DNA of 64,000 nt from Gemmatimonadales bacterium (GTDB taxonomy: Bacteria; Gemmatimonadota; Gemmatimonadetes; Gemmatimonadales; GWC2-71-9): contig JBDIWC010000003.1 of the NCBI GenBank assembly GCA_039794085.1, positions 1 to 64,000 on the forward strand, given 5' to 3'. The notes under the pieces are model-generated. The model was not told the DNA's origin. It did no database searches and saw only the letters and a program-made list of their open reading frames with translations. Both the position numbers and the translations under genes were made by a program. Each line of letters opens with the position of its first letter. The first letter of the stretch is position 1. Shown in pieces: positions 28,098-38,326 of the stretch.

Positions 28098-29960
28098 TCA
28101 TTCACGAGGCGTGAAGATTTCTTGTGGATCGGGCAGGGCCGTCCGCAGAGCGTTCAGGATGACGGCCACATCCACCGCCTCCTGCAGGAGGGCGCCCACC
28201 GTCGGCGTGATGCCTCCCGCCGCGGCCACGATCATGGCCGACACGCTGAGCCCCACGCCGGTCCAGAGGCTCTGCCGGGCGATGCGGAGCGTGCGACGGC
28301 CGATCTGCAGCGCCTCGGGAATGCGGCGCAAATCGTCGCTCAGGAGGACGATGTCGGCGGCTTCCGCGCTGATGCCACCGCCGTGGGAGGTGATCGCCAT
28401 CCCCACCGAGGCGGTGCTGAGGGCCGGGGCGTCGTTGGTACCGTCCCCCACCATCAGGACCGTGGCTCCCCCCTCTTCCAGTGTACGGATGGCATCGACC
28501 TTGTCTCCCGGAAGCAGGTTCCCCCGGGCGTCCCGGATGTCGAGCTCCCGGGCGACGTGCGCCACGGCGGCACCGTCGTCTCCGGAGAGGAGCACGATCC
28601 GGGTGATGCCGAGTGACCGCAGAGCGGCGAGACTTGCCCGGGTGTCATCACGAACCCGATCGGCGAAGCCGAGGTGGCCGGCAAAGATGCCGTCCACCAG
28701 GACCACCGCGTGGAGCCCGGCTCCCGTGGGCCGGGCAAGCTCAAGGGAGGGAAGGAGGGCGTTCGGCTCCAGCGACGCCGCAAGCCCGGGAGATCCGACC
28801 AGGACCCGATGATCCCGGACCACGCCGCGCACCCCCTGGCCCGGGAACTCCTCGATCCCGCGCGCCCCTTCGGCCGGGAGTCCCCGGGCCGCGGCCGCCC
28901 GCTCGACGCTGCGAGCCAGGGGGTGACCCGATCCCCGCTCCACCGCGGCTGCGAGAGCCAGGAGGGACGTCTCGGTCCACGGCGGCACCGGGTGCACCAG
29001 GTGAACATCGGGTTGGCCGATCGTGACCGTGCCCGTCTTGTCGAGAACTACGGTGTCGACCCGGGCCAACTGCTCCAGGGCCGCGCCGTGCCGGATGATG
29101 ATCTGCCGGCGGGCGGCGCGGTTGACCCCACCCAGGATGGCCACCGGCGTCGCGAGCAGCATGGGGCAGGGAGTGGCCACCACCAGCACCGCCAGCACCC
29201 GCACCGGGTCGTGACTGAGGAACCACGCCACGACGCACACACCCAGGGTAAGGGGAGTGAACCAGAGGGCGTACCGGTCCGCGATGCGCTGGAACGGTGC
29301 CTTGCTTTCCTGGGCATGACGCACCAGATCCACGATGCGCGCGTAGAGACTCTCGGAGGCCGGAGCGGTGGACCGGAGCCAGATCGCCCCCGACAGGTTC
29401 ACACTCCCGCTCGCCAGCAGAGTCCCCTCCACGGCGGTGACCGGGATGGGTTCGCCGGTGAGCCGAGCCGTGTCCACCGTGGAGTGGCCCTCCTCGACTC
29501 GCCCGTTGCAGGGAACCATCTCCCCGGGTCTCACGAGCAGCCGATCCCCGGGCCGGATCCGGGCCACCGGAATGTCCTCGATCCCGTCTCCCCGATCCCG
29601 ATGAGCGATCTGGGGGGCATCCGCCTCCAGGGCTCGCACCGCGGCGGAGGCCCTGCCGATGGCGAAGGCCTCCAGGCCCTCGCCCCCGGTCTGCATCAGG
29701 ACGATGACGAGGCCGGCGAGCGGCTGGTCGAGGAGGATGGCGCCGAGGATGGCGAGGGCGGCGACGAGATCGGCCTTCCACTGACCCCGAAACACACCCC
29801 TCAGCGTGCGCCACAGAAGAGGGAACCCCAGAATCCAGAGGGCCCCGCGCCAGATCGCGGGGGACCACGCGGCCGTGTCGGGATGGAGCCGGGCGAGGAG
29901 GCCGAGCGTGAGGGCCAGCAGCGCGAGGGCGGGAAAGGTCGCCGCCCGCGCCGGGCGCAT
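28098..29960 (-). CDS. Heavy-metal P1B ATPase (P1B-5-like)
   Basis: TGE, ATPCPMLLATP, DKTGT, HP, GDGTND and QEAVD; no N-terminal metal-binding domain. Confidence 0.88.
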   Translation of the reverse strand: MRPARAATFPALALLALTLGLLARLHPDTAAWSPAIWRGALWILGFPLLWRTLRGVFRGQWKADLVAALAILGAILLDQPLAGLVIVLMQTGGEGLEAFAIGRASAAVRALEADAPQIAHRDRGDGIEDIPVARIRPGDRLLVRPGEMVPCNGRVEEGHSTVDTARLTGEPIPVTAVEGTLLASGSVNLSGAIWLRSTAPASESLYARIVDLVRHAQESKAPFQRIADRYALWFTPLTLGVCVVAWFLSHDPVRVLAVLVVATPCPMLLATPVAILGGVNRAARRQIIIRHGAALEQLARVDTVVLDKTGTVTIGQPDVHLVHPVPPWTETSLLALAAAVERGSGHPLARSVERAAAARGLPAEGARGIEEFPGQGVRGVVRDHRVLVGSPGLAASLEPNALLPSLELARPTGAGLHAVVLVDGIFAGHLGFADRVRDDTRASLAALRSLGITRIVLLSGDDGAAVAHVARELDIRDARGNLLPGDKVDAIRTLEEGGATVLMVGDGTNDAPALSTASVGMAITSHGGGISAEAADIVLLSDDLRRIPEALQIGRRTLRIARQSLWTGVGLSVSAMIVAAAGGITPTVGALLQEAVDVAVILNALRTALPDPQEIFTPRE

Positions 29961-30653
29961 TCAATGACTCCCGGTCGTTCCGTTGGTCTTGCGGAGCGCA
30001 AACCCGACCCCGCGCACGGTCTCGATCCCCTCGGCCGCGGTCATCGACCGGAGTTTGCGCCGGAGGTTCCCGATGTGCACATCGACCACGTTGCTCTCCG
30101 GATCGAAGTGCATGTCCCACACCTTTTCCAGGAGGATGGTGCGTCGCACCACCTCCTCGGGGTGGAGGAGAAAATACTCCAGGAGCTGGAACTCCTTGGC
30201 GGTCAGGTCGAGCGGCTCGTCACCCACGGTGGCCGCATGCCGCAGTCGATCCATGGCGATGCCCCCGAAACGGAGGATCTCCATCCGCTCGGCCCCGCCC
30301 CGCCGGGAGAGGGCGCGCATCCGAGCCAGCAGTTCCTCGAACTGGAAGGGCTTGGAGAGATAGTCGTCGGCGCCGGCATCGAGACCGCGAACCACATCCT
30401 CCACGGCGTCCCGGGAGGTGAGCATGAGGATCGGGGTGCTCCGCCCCTCCCGCCGCAACTCCATGGCCACCTGGAAGCCGTTCTTCTTGGGGAGCATGAC
30501 GTCCAGCAGGATCACGTCATACTGGTACACATGCGCCATGAGGGAGGCTTCTTCGCCATCGGAAGCCACATCCACCACGTACCCCTCCTCCTTGAGCCCC
30601 AGTTCGATGAACCCTGCCACCTTCCGGTCATCCTCGACGACGAGCACTTTCAT
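29961..30653 (-). CDS. OmpR-family response regulator
   Basis: VVEDD, LDVMLP, GADDYLSKPF and winged-helix NVVDVHIGNLRRKL...TVRGVGF. Confidence 0.95.
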   Translation of the reverse strand: MKVLVVEDDRKVAGFIELGLKEEGYVVDVASDGEEASLMAHVYQYDVILLDVMLPKKNGFQVAMELRREGRSTPILMLTSRDAVEDVVRGLDAGADDYLSKPFQFEELLARMRALSRRGGAERMEILRFGGIAMDRLRHAATVGDEPLDLTAKEFQLLEYFLLHPEEVVRRTILLEKVWDMHFDPESNVVDVHIGNLRRKLRSMTAAEGIETVRGVGFALRKTNGTTGSH

Positions 30654-30730
30654 GATGCCTCCCTGAGGTCTCCTCCCTCAACGATACCCTGTGCCGCTGA
30701 ACATGGGAAGAAAACTTCATGAAGACAAAT

Positions 30731-31969
30731 TCACGGACACGTGTGTGGCAGCTCCAGCCGAAGCCGCCCTCCTCCCTCGGGATGGGATTCCGCCGAGAGT
30801 TCCCCGCCCAGGAGTCTCGCCAGGCGGCGGGAGAGGGGAAGGCCCAGCCCCGTCCCGCTTCGCTCTTCGCCGGCGGTGGTCTCATACACGTCGAAAACGC
30901 GCTCGAGCTGGTCGGGCGGTATCCCGGGACCGCTGTCATCCACCAGGATGACGACCCGGTTGTGCTCGGGGCGGGCGCTGAGCTGGATCCGGCCACCCGC
31001 CGGGGTGTGCCGGATCGCGTTCCGGAGGAGGTTGAGAAGGATCTGGAGGACCCGGCTGGCATCGGTTCGGCAGTTGGTGAGATCGGTCGTCACGATCGTG
31101 TGCAGCGTGAGTTGCTTGGCTTCCATTTCGGGAAGAACCCGCGCAGCCGCTTGATCGAGCAGAGTGCGGCAATGGACTTCCCGGATCACCGGGCGGAGGC
31201 GGTCCTCGTCGAGTCGGCTCAGGTCGAGCAGGTCGTTGATGAGTGCGGTGGCCGCCTGGGCCGAATCGAGGACCTCGTAAGCCGCCCGGGACGGAGGAGG
31301 GTGTCCCTCCTTGCGGCGTACCAGGATCTCGGCCCACCCATAGACCGCCGCGAGAGCATTCCGGAGCTCATGGTTCACCATGGCGAAGAACCGCTCGCGG
31401 GTCCGGTGAAGCTGCTGCACCTCGGCGATCAGGCGGGCGCTCTCCCCATGGAGGCGGGCATTCTCGATCGCGGCCGCGGCCTGATGGGCCAGCAGCACGA
31501 CGAGATGCTCGTCTTCTTCGCTGAACTCGGGTGCCCCGATGCGGTCTGTGAGGTAGAGATTGCCCAGGACTGCCACCCGGCCCATCACGGGAACTCCGAG
31601 GAAGGACTGCATCGGGGGATGATGCGGGGGAAAGCCGCTCGACTCGGGGTGGCCGTCCAGCCGAGCCAGGCGAAGGGGCTTGGGGTCGCGAATGAGAACG
31701 CCGAGGAGTCCCCTGCCTCGGGGGAGGGACCCGATCCGGTCGCGGGTGTCGGGGTCGAGTCCCGCGGAGTAGAACGCCTCGAGGGTCACATGATCGGGGC
31801 TCAGGACCCCGAAGGCGGCGTACCGGGCCCCGATCAGTTCCCGGGCCAGGTCGGTGACCCGCTGCAGGACGCCCTCCAGGGAGGTTTCCCGGGTGAGAGT
31901 CGTGCTCTCCGCAAGGAGCCGTTCCAGGCGCATAGACAGGGTCGGCTGGGAGACAGGTGTGTCGCTCAC
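30731..31969 (-). CDS. Cytoplasmic GAF-HisKA-HATPase kinase with a DosS/DosT-like GAF domain
   Basis: ARYAAFGV, PLRL..L..HPESSGFPPHHPPMQSFLGVPV...GNLYLTD; HELRNAL H-box, N/G1/G2 boxes; no TM helix. Confidence 0.88.
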   Translation of the reverse strand: MSDTPVSQPTLSMRLERLLAESTTLTRETSLEGVLQRVTDLARELIGARYAAFGVLSPDHVTLEAFYSAGLDPDTRDRIGSLPRGRGLLGVLIRDPKPLRLARLDGHPESSGFPPHHPPMQSFLGVPVMGRVAVLGNLYLTDRIGAPEFSEEDEHLVVLLAHQAAAAIENARLHGESARLIAEVQQLHRTRERFFAMVNHELRNALAAVYGWAEILVRRKEGHPPPSRAAYEVLDSAQAATALINDLLDLSRLDEDRLRPVIREVHCRTLLDQAAARVLPEMEAKQLTLHTIVTTDLTNCRTDASRVLQILLNLLRNAIRHTPAGGRIQLSARPEHNRVVILVDDSGPGIPPDQLERVFDVYETTAGEERSGTGLGLPLSRRLARLLGGELSAESHPEGGGRLRLELPHTCP

Positions 31970-31987
31970 GAGTGGATCCTAACGAAT

Positions 31988-32014
31988 CTTCTGGAATTCT
32001 TCATCTTTGGTTCA
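31988..32014 (+). promoter_or_regulatory. 11-bp-period direct repeats (putative OmpR-family box)
   Basis: CTTCT(31988), CTTCA(31999) and GTTCA(32010) in the kinase/USP divergent intergenic region. Confidence 0.5.
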
Positions 32015-32038
32015 CCTCCCCCCCCCTACCGTCCACCC

Positions 32039-32803
32039 ATGACACGGAGACAAATCCTGGCTGCCACCGAGGGGTCGCTCACCGGGCAGCATGCCGTCGC
32101 CATCGCCCGGCGTCTCTCCGCCGACCTGGGGGCCTCCCTGGACGTGCTCCGGGTGGTCCACGGAACCGACTCTCCCGACAGAGATTCCGATGGAACCCAC
32201 CTGCGGACGGGGATTCCCGGTATCGAGATCGTCCGGCGGGCGGAGGAGATCGGCGCGGAACTCCTGGTGCTCGGGCGATTTCTCCGCGGCTCGGTCACGC
32301 ACCCCCGTCTGGGGCTCACCGCCGACGCGGTGGTTCGGCGCAGTCCGATTCCGTGCCTGTTCATCCCGGAAAACCAGGATCATTTCGCCCGGGTCTTCGC
32401 GGCGGTGGACGGGACCGAGAGGGGCCTCAGGGTCCTGGAGGAGGCCCGTCAGGTTTTGAGCTGGACCGACGCGCCCCGGTTGTGTGCGGTGACCGTCGAA
32501 CCGCGGCATGGTCCGGAGCCTGTCGCGGGGGTGGCCGTGGTGGCCCCCCCGTCGGCCCGGGAGGCCCGGGTGCGGAGCTGGATGCACCATCATCGGGGCA
32601 ACGGTGAGGTGGCGCGGGTGGATCTGGTGGTGCTCTCGGGGGATCCGGTCTCCAGCATCCTTCATGAGATCACGCATCCTGAGGATACTCTTCTGGTGGT
32701 GGGGAATCACCGGGGCGGTCCCGCCGGGGTCGTGACGTCCACCGGTGTCGGGCGGGCCCTGCTCTATACCGCACCGTGTGCGGTGCTGACAGTTCCCCTC
32801 TGA
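32039..32803 (+). CDS. Universal stress protein (tandem USP domains)
   Basis: ILAATEGS, LLVLG..LGLTADAVVRRSPIPCL, AAVDGT and LLVVGNH..GVGRALLYTAPCAVLTVP. Confidence 0.85.
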   Translation: MTRRQILAATEGSLTGQHAVAIARRLSADLGASLDVLRVVHGTDSPDRDSDGTHLRTGIPGIEIVRRAEEIGAELLVLGRFLRGSVTHPRLGLTADAVVRRSPIPCLFIPENQDHFARVFAAVDGTERGLRVLEEARQVLSWTDAPRLCAVTVEPRHGPEPVAGVAVVAPPSAREARVRSWMHHHRGNGEVARVDLVVLSGDPVSSILHEITHPEDTLLVVGNHRGGPAGVVTSTGVGRALLYTAPCAVLTVPL

Positions 32804-32819
32804 CTCGGTGGGGGTACCC

Positions 32820-33017
32820 ATGAAGAACAATGTCGGCAGGATCGACCGGATTGTCCGGCTGGCCGGGGGGATCATGCTGCTCGGCCTGTATGGAGCACTC
32901 GACCCGCCCTGGAAATACGCCACCCTCCTCGGGCTGGTTCTGGTGGGAACGGCGCTCTCGGGTACCTGTCCCCTGTACCAGATTTTCGGCATCAGCACCT
33001 GCGGCCGCCGGACCTGA
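32820..33017 (+). CDS. DUF2892 (YgaP-like) inner-membrane protein
   Basis: MKNNVGRIDRIVRL...GTCPLYQIFGISTC. Confidence 0.9.
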   Translation: MKNNVGRIDRIVRLAGGIMLLGLYGALDPPWKYATLLGLVLVGTALSGTCPLYQIFGISTCGRRT

Positions 33018-33048
33018 TCGTCCGCGCCCGGCGGGTTGGCGGGGCGGG

Positions 33049-33447
33049 TCACCGTGCCTGGGCCAGAACCCGGGCGGCATCGCTGCGCGAGATGACCCCG
33101 AGGAGTTCGCCATCGAGCACGACGAAGAGCCGGTGCACGTCGGCGTAGAGCATCTGGCGCGCCGCCTCCTTGACCGTCTCCCCGGGATCGATGGTGAGAG
33201 GGTCGGGTGTCATCAGATCGGACACCGCTGTATCGCGAAAGAGCACCTCCCGCCCCTCTGAGCTGTCGTGTTCGGCCTCCGCCACGAGAAGGTCGGTGGC
33301 CGAGATCGCTCCGATCATCGTACCATGCCGGTTGACGACGGGAGCACCACTCACGTGGGCATCCGCCAGGATGGCGACCACCTCGCCGACGGTGGCGTCC
33401 TCCCACACGGTCACAACGTCCTTCTGCATCACATCGGCGACACGCAT
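33049..33447 (-). CDS. CBS-pair domain protein
   Basis: VADVMQKDVVTV, SGAPVV..GAIS..DL, VSDLMT and HRLFVV..LLGVISRSD. Confidence 0.9.
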   Translation of the reverse strand: MRVADVMQKDVVTVWEDATVGEVVAILADAHVSGAPVVNRHGTMIGAISATDLLVAEAEHDSSEGREVLFRDTAVSDLMTPDPLTIDPGETVKEAARQMLYADVHRLFVVLDGELLGVISRSDAARVLAQAR

Positions 33448-33514
33448 GGCTCCTCCGGGGTGACAGTCCAGGGGCAGTGAAAGTCCCACCGCATCCATGG
33501 TACCCCGTGCGCGA

Positions 33515-33541
33515 TGAAGGAGGGGTGAAGGGATCGTGAAG
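33515..33541 (-). promoter_or_regulatory. Three perfect CTTCA repeats at 11-bp period (putative OmpR-family box)
   Basis: Plus-strand TGAAG at 33515, 33526 and 33537, upstream of the CBS gene. Confidence 0.55.
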
Positions 33542-33544
33542 TCC

Positions 33545-33772
33545 ATGAAGAAAGCCCCGGGTTTCCATTGGGAGAACCTCGACGTCTCTCTCGATGGGGA
33601 ATTCCTCACGCTGTCGGGGAACCGCGAGACTCCGGGCCGTTTTGCCCGCACGGTGCGCCTCCCCGGCGGGGTGGATCCGGCCCGGGTGGATGCGCGGTAT
33701 CAGGACGGCGTCCTCACCGTCGCGCTGGCGAAGTCGACCCCGGCGACCACGACCCGGATTTCCATCAACTGA
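33545..33772 (+). pseudogene. Truncated Hsp20/alpha-crystallin protein
   Basis: PG...LDVSLDGEFLTLSGNRE..GRFARTVRLP..VD..VDARYQDGVLTVALAK..ISI; lacks the N-terminal arm and the dimer loop. Confidence 0.65.
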
Positions 33773-33780
33773 GAGAGGGC

Positions 33781-33838
33781 GGGGTCAGGTCTTGTTTCGT
33801 GCATGGCCGAGACGATGCACAACGCAAGACCTGACCCC
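33781..33838. repeat. Long palindrome GGGGTCAGGTCTTG...CAAGACCTGACCCC
   Basis: 14-bp perfect arms with an inner TGCA pairing; further tgacccc copies up to about 33863. Confidence 0.7.
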
Positions 33839-33960
33839 TAGGGTGACCCCAGGGTTTGACCCCGGCGTCCTCAGGGTATCCGGGACTTCCGGCCGCCGTT
33901 GACGCCCACGCCGGCCCGGCAGTAGGTTGACCCTCGCCGAGCCCTCTTCCGGAGCAGGAC

Positions 33961-34872
33961 GTGGTCCACATTTCCCTGACATCTATGGCCCCGCAGGTCC
34001 TGCAGGAGGTGGCCGACGCGCTCCGGCTCGACCTGGAAACCATCCTCCCCAAAGTCCTGCAGGTCCTGGTCATCTGGGTCCTTGCCTGGGTGGGACAGCG
34101 GGTCGTCACGGTTGTGGCTCGGCGGATCGTGGCCGCCGTCGACGATGGCGACGATTCGGTGTTGAGTGCCCGCGAACAGAGGGGCCGGACCATTGCGCAG
34201 CTGCTCCGCAGCGTCGGGTGGATCGTCATCCTGGTGACCGCCCTCCTGCTGACCGCCAACGTATTCATCGACATCACGCCGCTCCTGGCGGGAGCCGGCA
34301 TTCTCGGGCTCGCCGTTTCGTTCGGGGCCCAGAGCCTGGTCAAGGACGTCATTGCCGGCTTCTTCATTCTCCTCGAGAACACGATCGCCGTCGGCGATGT
34401 GGTGGAGATCGCCGGGGTGGCGGGAGGCGTGGAACGGATGACCATGCGCGTGGTGGTTCTCCGGGACCTGCACGGGGTGGTGCACACGATTCCGAATGGC
34501 CAGATCGGTGTCGTGAGCAACCGGACCCGGGGCTGGTCCCGTGCGGTGATCGAGATCGGGGTGGCGTACCAGAGCGATCTGGACCGCGTCCTGGAGGTCT
34601 TCCGGGACGAGGCCCGCCGGTTCGCCGAGAATCCCGCCTGGCGGGATCGCCTGGACGGAGAGCCCGAGGTGGCCGGGGTCGAGAGCCTGGCCGACAGCGC
34701 GGTGGTGATTCGCACCCTGATCCGGACCCTCCCGGGCAAACAGTGGGAGGCGGCCCGCGATTTCCGGCGGCGGATGAAGAACCGGCTCGATCAGGAGGGG
34801 ATCGAGATCCCCTTCCCCCAGCGGACCGTGCGCGTCCTCCATTCCGATCGTCCCGCCCCGGACCCCGCATGA
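33961..34872 (+). CDS. MscS-family mechanosensitive channel
   Basis: LLAGAGILGLAVSFGAQSLVKDVIAGFFIL, VGDVVEI and GIEIPFPQR. Confidence 0.92.
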   Translation: MVHISLTSMAPQVLQEVADALRLDLETILPKVLQVLVIWVLAWVGQRVVTVVARRIVAAVDDGDDSVLSAREQRGRTIAQLLRSVGWIVILVTALLLTANVFIDITPLLAGAGILGLAVSFGAQSLVKDVIAGFFILLENTIAVGDVVEIAGVAGGVERMTMRVVVLRDLHGVVHTIPNGQIGVVSNRTRGWSRAVIEIGVAYQSDLDRVLEVFRDEARRFAENPAWRDRLDGEPEVAGVESLADSAVVIRTLIRTLPGKQWEAARDFRRRMKNRLDQEGIEIPFPQRTVRVLHSDRPAPDPA

Positions 34873-36380
34873 GTCTCCAGCTCTACAACACCCTGACCCG
34901 GTCGGTCGAACCCTTCCAGCCCGCCTCTCCTCCCCGGGTCACGCTCTACAGTTGCGGACCGACGGTCTGGAACGTGGCACACATCGGAAATTTCCGGACC
35001 TTCCTCCTGGTGGACCTGCTCCGCCGGTGGCTCGAATCCAGCGGGTACGACGTGTTCCACATCATGAACCTGACCGACGTGGACGACAGGATCATGGCGG
35101 AGGCCGGGAAGAGAAACATCACGATAGGTGATTTCACGGAACCCTTCGTGCAGGCGTTCGTGGAGGACCGGGATTGGCTCCGGATCCGCCCGGCGCACAG
35201 CGAGCCCCGCGCCACCGCGTTCATCCCCGCCATGATCCGCCTGGTCTCCGGGCTGCTGGAGCGCGGGGTGGCGTATCGGGCGGAGGATGGGTCCGTCTAC
35301 TTTTCCATCGCCCGGTTTCCGGCCTATGGACGCCTGGTCCGGCTCGACCCCGAGTCCCTGCGCACGGGCGGAAGCGAGCGGGCCCTGGCCGATGACGACG
35401 CCAAGGAATCCGCCCGGGACTTCGTGCTGTGGAAGGCCGTCCGCCCGGAGGACGAGGCGGTGGGAGCAGCGTGGGATGCCCCCTTCGGCCGCGGCAGGCC
35501 CGGATGGCATCTCGAGTGCTCGGCCATGGCGCTGGATATCGTGGGGGAACGATTCGGGGTGACGGAACTCGACATCCACGCCGGAGGGGTGGATCTGATC
35601 TTCCCTCACCATGAGGACGAGATCGCCCAGGCGTGCGCCTGGACCGGCCAGGACCTCTTTGCGCGGTACTGGGTGCATGGTGAGTTCCTGAACGTGCGCG
35701 GCGAGAAGATGTCGAAGCGGTTTGGCAACACCACCACGGTCCGGGACCTCCGGGAGGATGGCTGGGGCCCCGCGGAGATCCGTTACCTGATGACCCAGGC
35801 GCATTACCGCCAGAAGCTCGACCTGACCGACGATGCCCTCTCCGCCGCCCGCGCCGCCACCCACCGGCTCGGGGATTTCACCATCCGCCTGCGGGACGCT
35901 CCCGACGGCGCCGCCCCGGAACTTCATTCGGCCGCGGGGAGGCTCCGGGAGGCGGTTCAGGTGGCCATGGATGACGACCTGGACGCCCCTCGGGCGATGG
36001 GGGCGGTGTTCGAATTTCTGCGGGAAGCGAATCGGCTCCTCGATGCGGGCTCTCCGGTGGACGCGGAGGCCCGGGCCGTGTGGACCGGTACCATGGCGCT
36101 CTTCGACGTCCTTCCTGGTGCGTCGGGCACGGCGGATGTGCGCTTGGCACTGAACGCCCGGGTGGCTGCGACGGGCGCGGAGGTGTCCTTCACGGAGGAT
36201 GTCCCGGAGGACCCGGCGCAGCTCGTGTCCTGGGCGGAGCATTGGGGCTACCGCCGCCTCAAGGCCAAGGGGGCACGGAATTACGGGGAGGCGGACCGGA
36301 TTCGGGATCTGCTGCGGGAGGCGGGATTCGAGATCCGGGATCGGAAGGATGGTCAGGTGGAGCTGGTCAGACGATCCTGA
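34869..36380 (+). CDS. cysS: Cysteine--tRNA ligase
   Basis: CGPTV..HIGN, DFVLWK, GRPGWHLECSAM, HAGGVDLIFPHH and KMSK. Confidence 0.97.
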   Translation: MSLQLYNTLTRSVEPFQPASPPRVTLYSCGPTVWNVAHIGNFRTFLLVDLLRRWLESSGYDVFHIMNLTDVDDRIMAEAGKRNITIGDFTEPFVQAFVEDRDWLRIRPAHSEPRATAFIPAMIRLVSGLLERGVAYRAEDGSVYFSIARFPAYGRLVRLDPESLRTGGSERALADDDAKESARDFVLWKAVRPEDEAVGAAWDAPFGRGRPGWHLECSAMALDIVGERFGVTELDIHAGGVDLIFPHHEDEIAQACAWTGQDLFARYWVHGEFLNVRGEKMSKRFGNTTTVRDLREDGWGPAEIRYLMTQAHYRQKLDLTDDALSAARAATHRLGDFTIRLRDAPDGAAPELHSAAGRLREAVQVAMDDDLDAPRAMGAVFEFLREANRLLDAGSPVDAEARAVWTGTMALFDVLPGASGTADVRLALNARVAATGAEVSFTEDVPEDPAQLVSWAEHWGYRRLKAKGARNYGEADRIRDLLREAGFEIRDRKDGQVELVRRS

Positions 36381-36499
36381 TCCCTTCGAGGTTCCTCCGC
36401 TGATTGTATCAGTGATGAGATGTGCTTCGTCCGGTGCGACTGCTCGATCTGGAGAGGGGATTGGGACCAGGCGCCCCGGGGTACGGTAAGTGGCACCCG

Positions 36500-36528
36500 T
36501 TGACGCACGTGCCAGACCCCCGTATAAT
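36500..36528 (+). promoter_or_regulatory. Sigma70 promoter of the tRNA-tuf operon
   Basis: TTGACG-N17-TATAAT. Confidence 0.85.
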
Positions 36529-36565
36529 GTGGGTCTGTCTTTTTTTGGGGGTATGTGTCAGACGC

Positions 36566-36642
36566 GCTGACGTAGCTCAATATGGTAGAGCAGCTGATTT
36601 GTAATCAGCAGGTTAAGGGTTCGAGTCCCTTCGTCAGCTCCA
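36566..36642 (+). tRNA. tRNA-Thr(TGT)
   Basis: Cloverleaf; anticodon loop TTTGTAA; GGTTCGAGTCC T-arm; encoded CCA. Confidence 0.95.
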
Positions 36643-36680
36643 GTGGGTCGAATCATGGTGGGATGGGTGACGGTGCACAA

Positions 36681-36764
36681 GGTGGGGTGACCGAGTGGCT
36701 AATGGTAGCAGACTGTAAATCTGCCGGGCTCTGCCCTACGTAGGTTCGAATCCTACCCCCACCA
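36681..36764 (+). tRNA. tRNA-Tyr(GTA)
   Basis: GCAGA-CTGTAAA-TCTGC anticodon arm; long variable arm. Confidence 0.95.
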
Positions 36765-36831
36765 CTCAGGGCGAACTGGCCGGGGGTCGATGGCGTGTGA
36801 CCGGGTCGGCGCCGGCGGGAAAAAAACGGGC

Positions 36832-36904
36832 GCGGGTGTAGCTCAGTTGGTAGAGCATCAGCCTTCCAAGCTGAGGGTCGCGGGTTCGAGTCCCGTCGCC
36901 CGCT
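36832..36904 (+). tRNA. tRNA-Gly(TCC)
   Basis: TCAGC-CTTCCAA-GCTGA anticodon arm. Confidence 0.95.
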
Positions 36905-36919
36905 CTGGGGTACGGTTCG

Positions 36920-36992
36920 GCTCGTGTAGCTCAGTTGGTAGAGCACATCCTTGGTAAGGATGAGGTCACCGGTTCGATCCCGGTCGCGAGCT
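36920..36992 (+). tRNA. tRNA-Thr(GGT)
   Basis: CATCC-TTGGTAA-GGATG anticodon arm. Confidence 0.95.
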
Positions 36993-37096
36993 CTGACATG
37001 ATGTACTGGAGATCCCGTCGCCGGCGGGATCCGCGTCTCCACCACGCCGGGTGGACACCGCGACGTTCACGCCTCGACCATGAGGAAACGAGCACG

Positions 37097-38299
<1,203 letters not shown>

Positions 38300-38326
38300 T
38301 CCGGTCCGACTGGAGAGGGGCGTTCC

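Noticed and set aside
36566..36992. tRNA cluster as a prophage/ICE integration site
   Set aside because: No integrase and no duplicated tRNA 3' end in the window.
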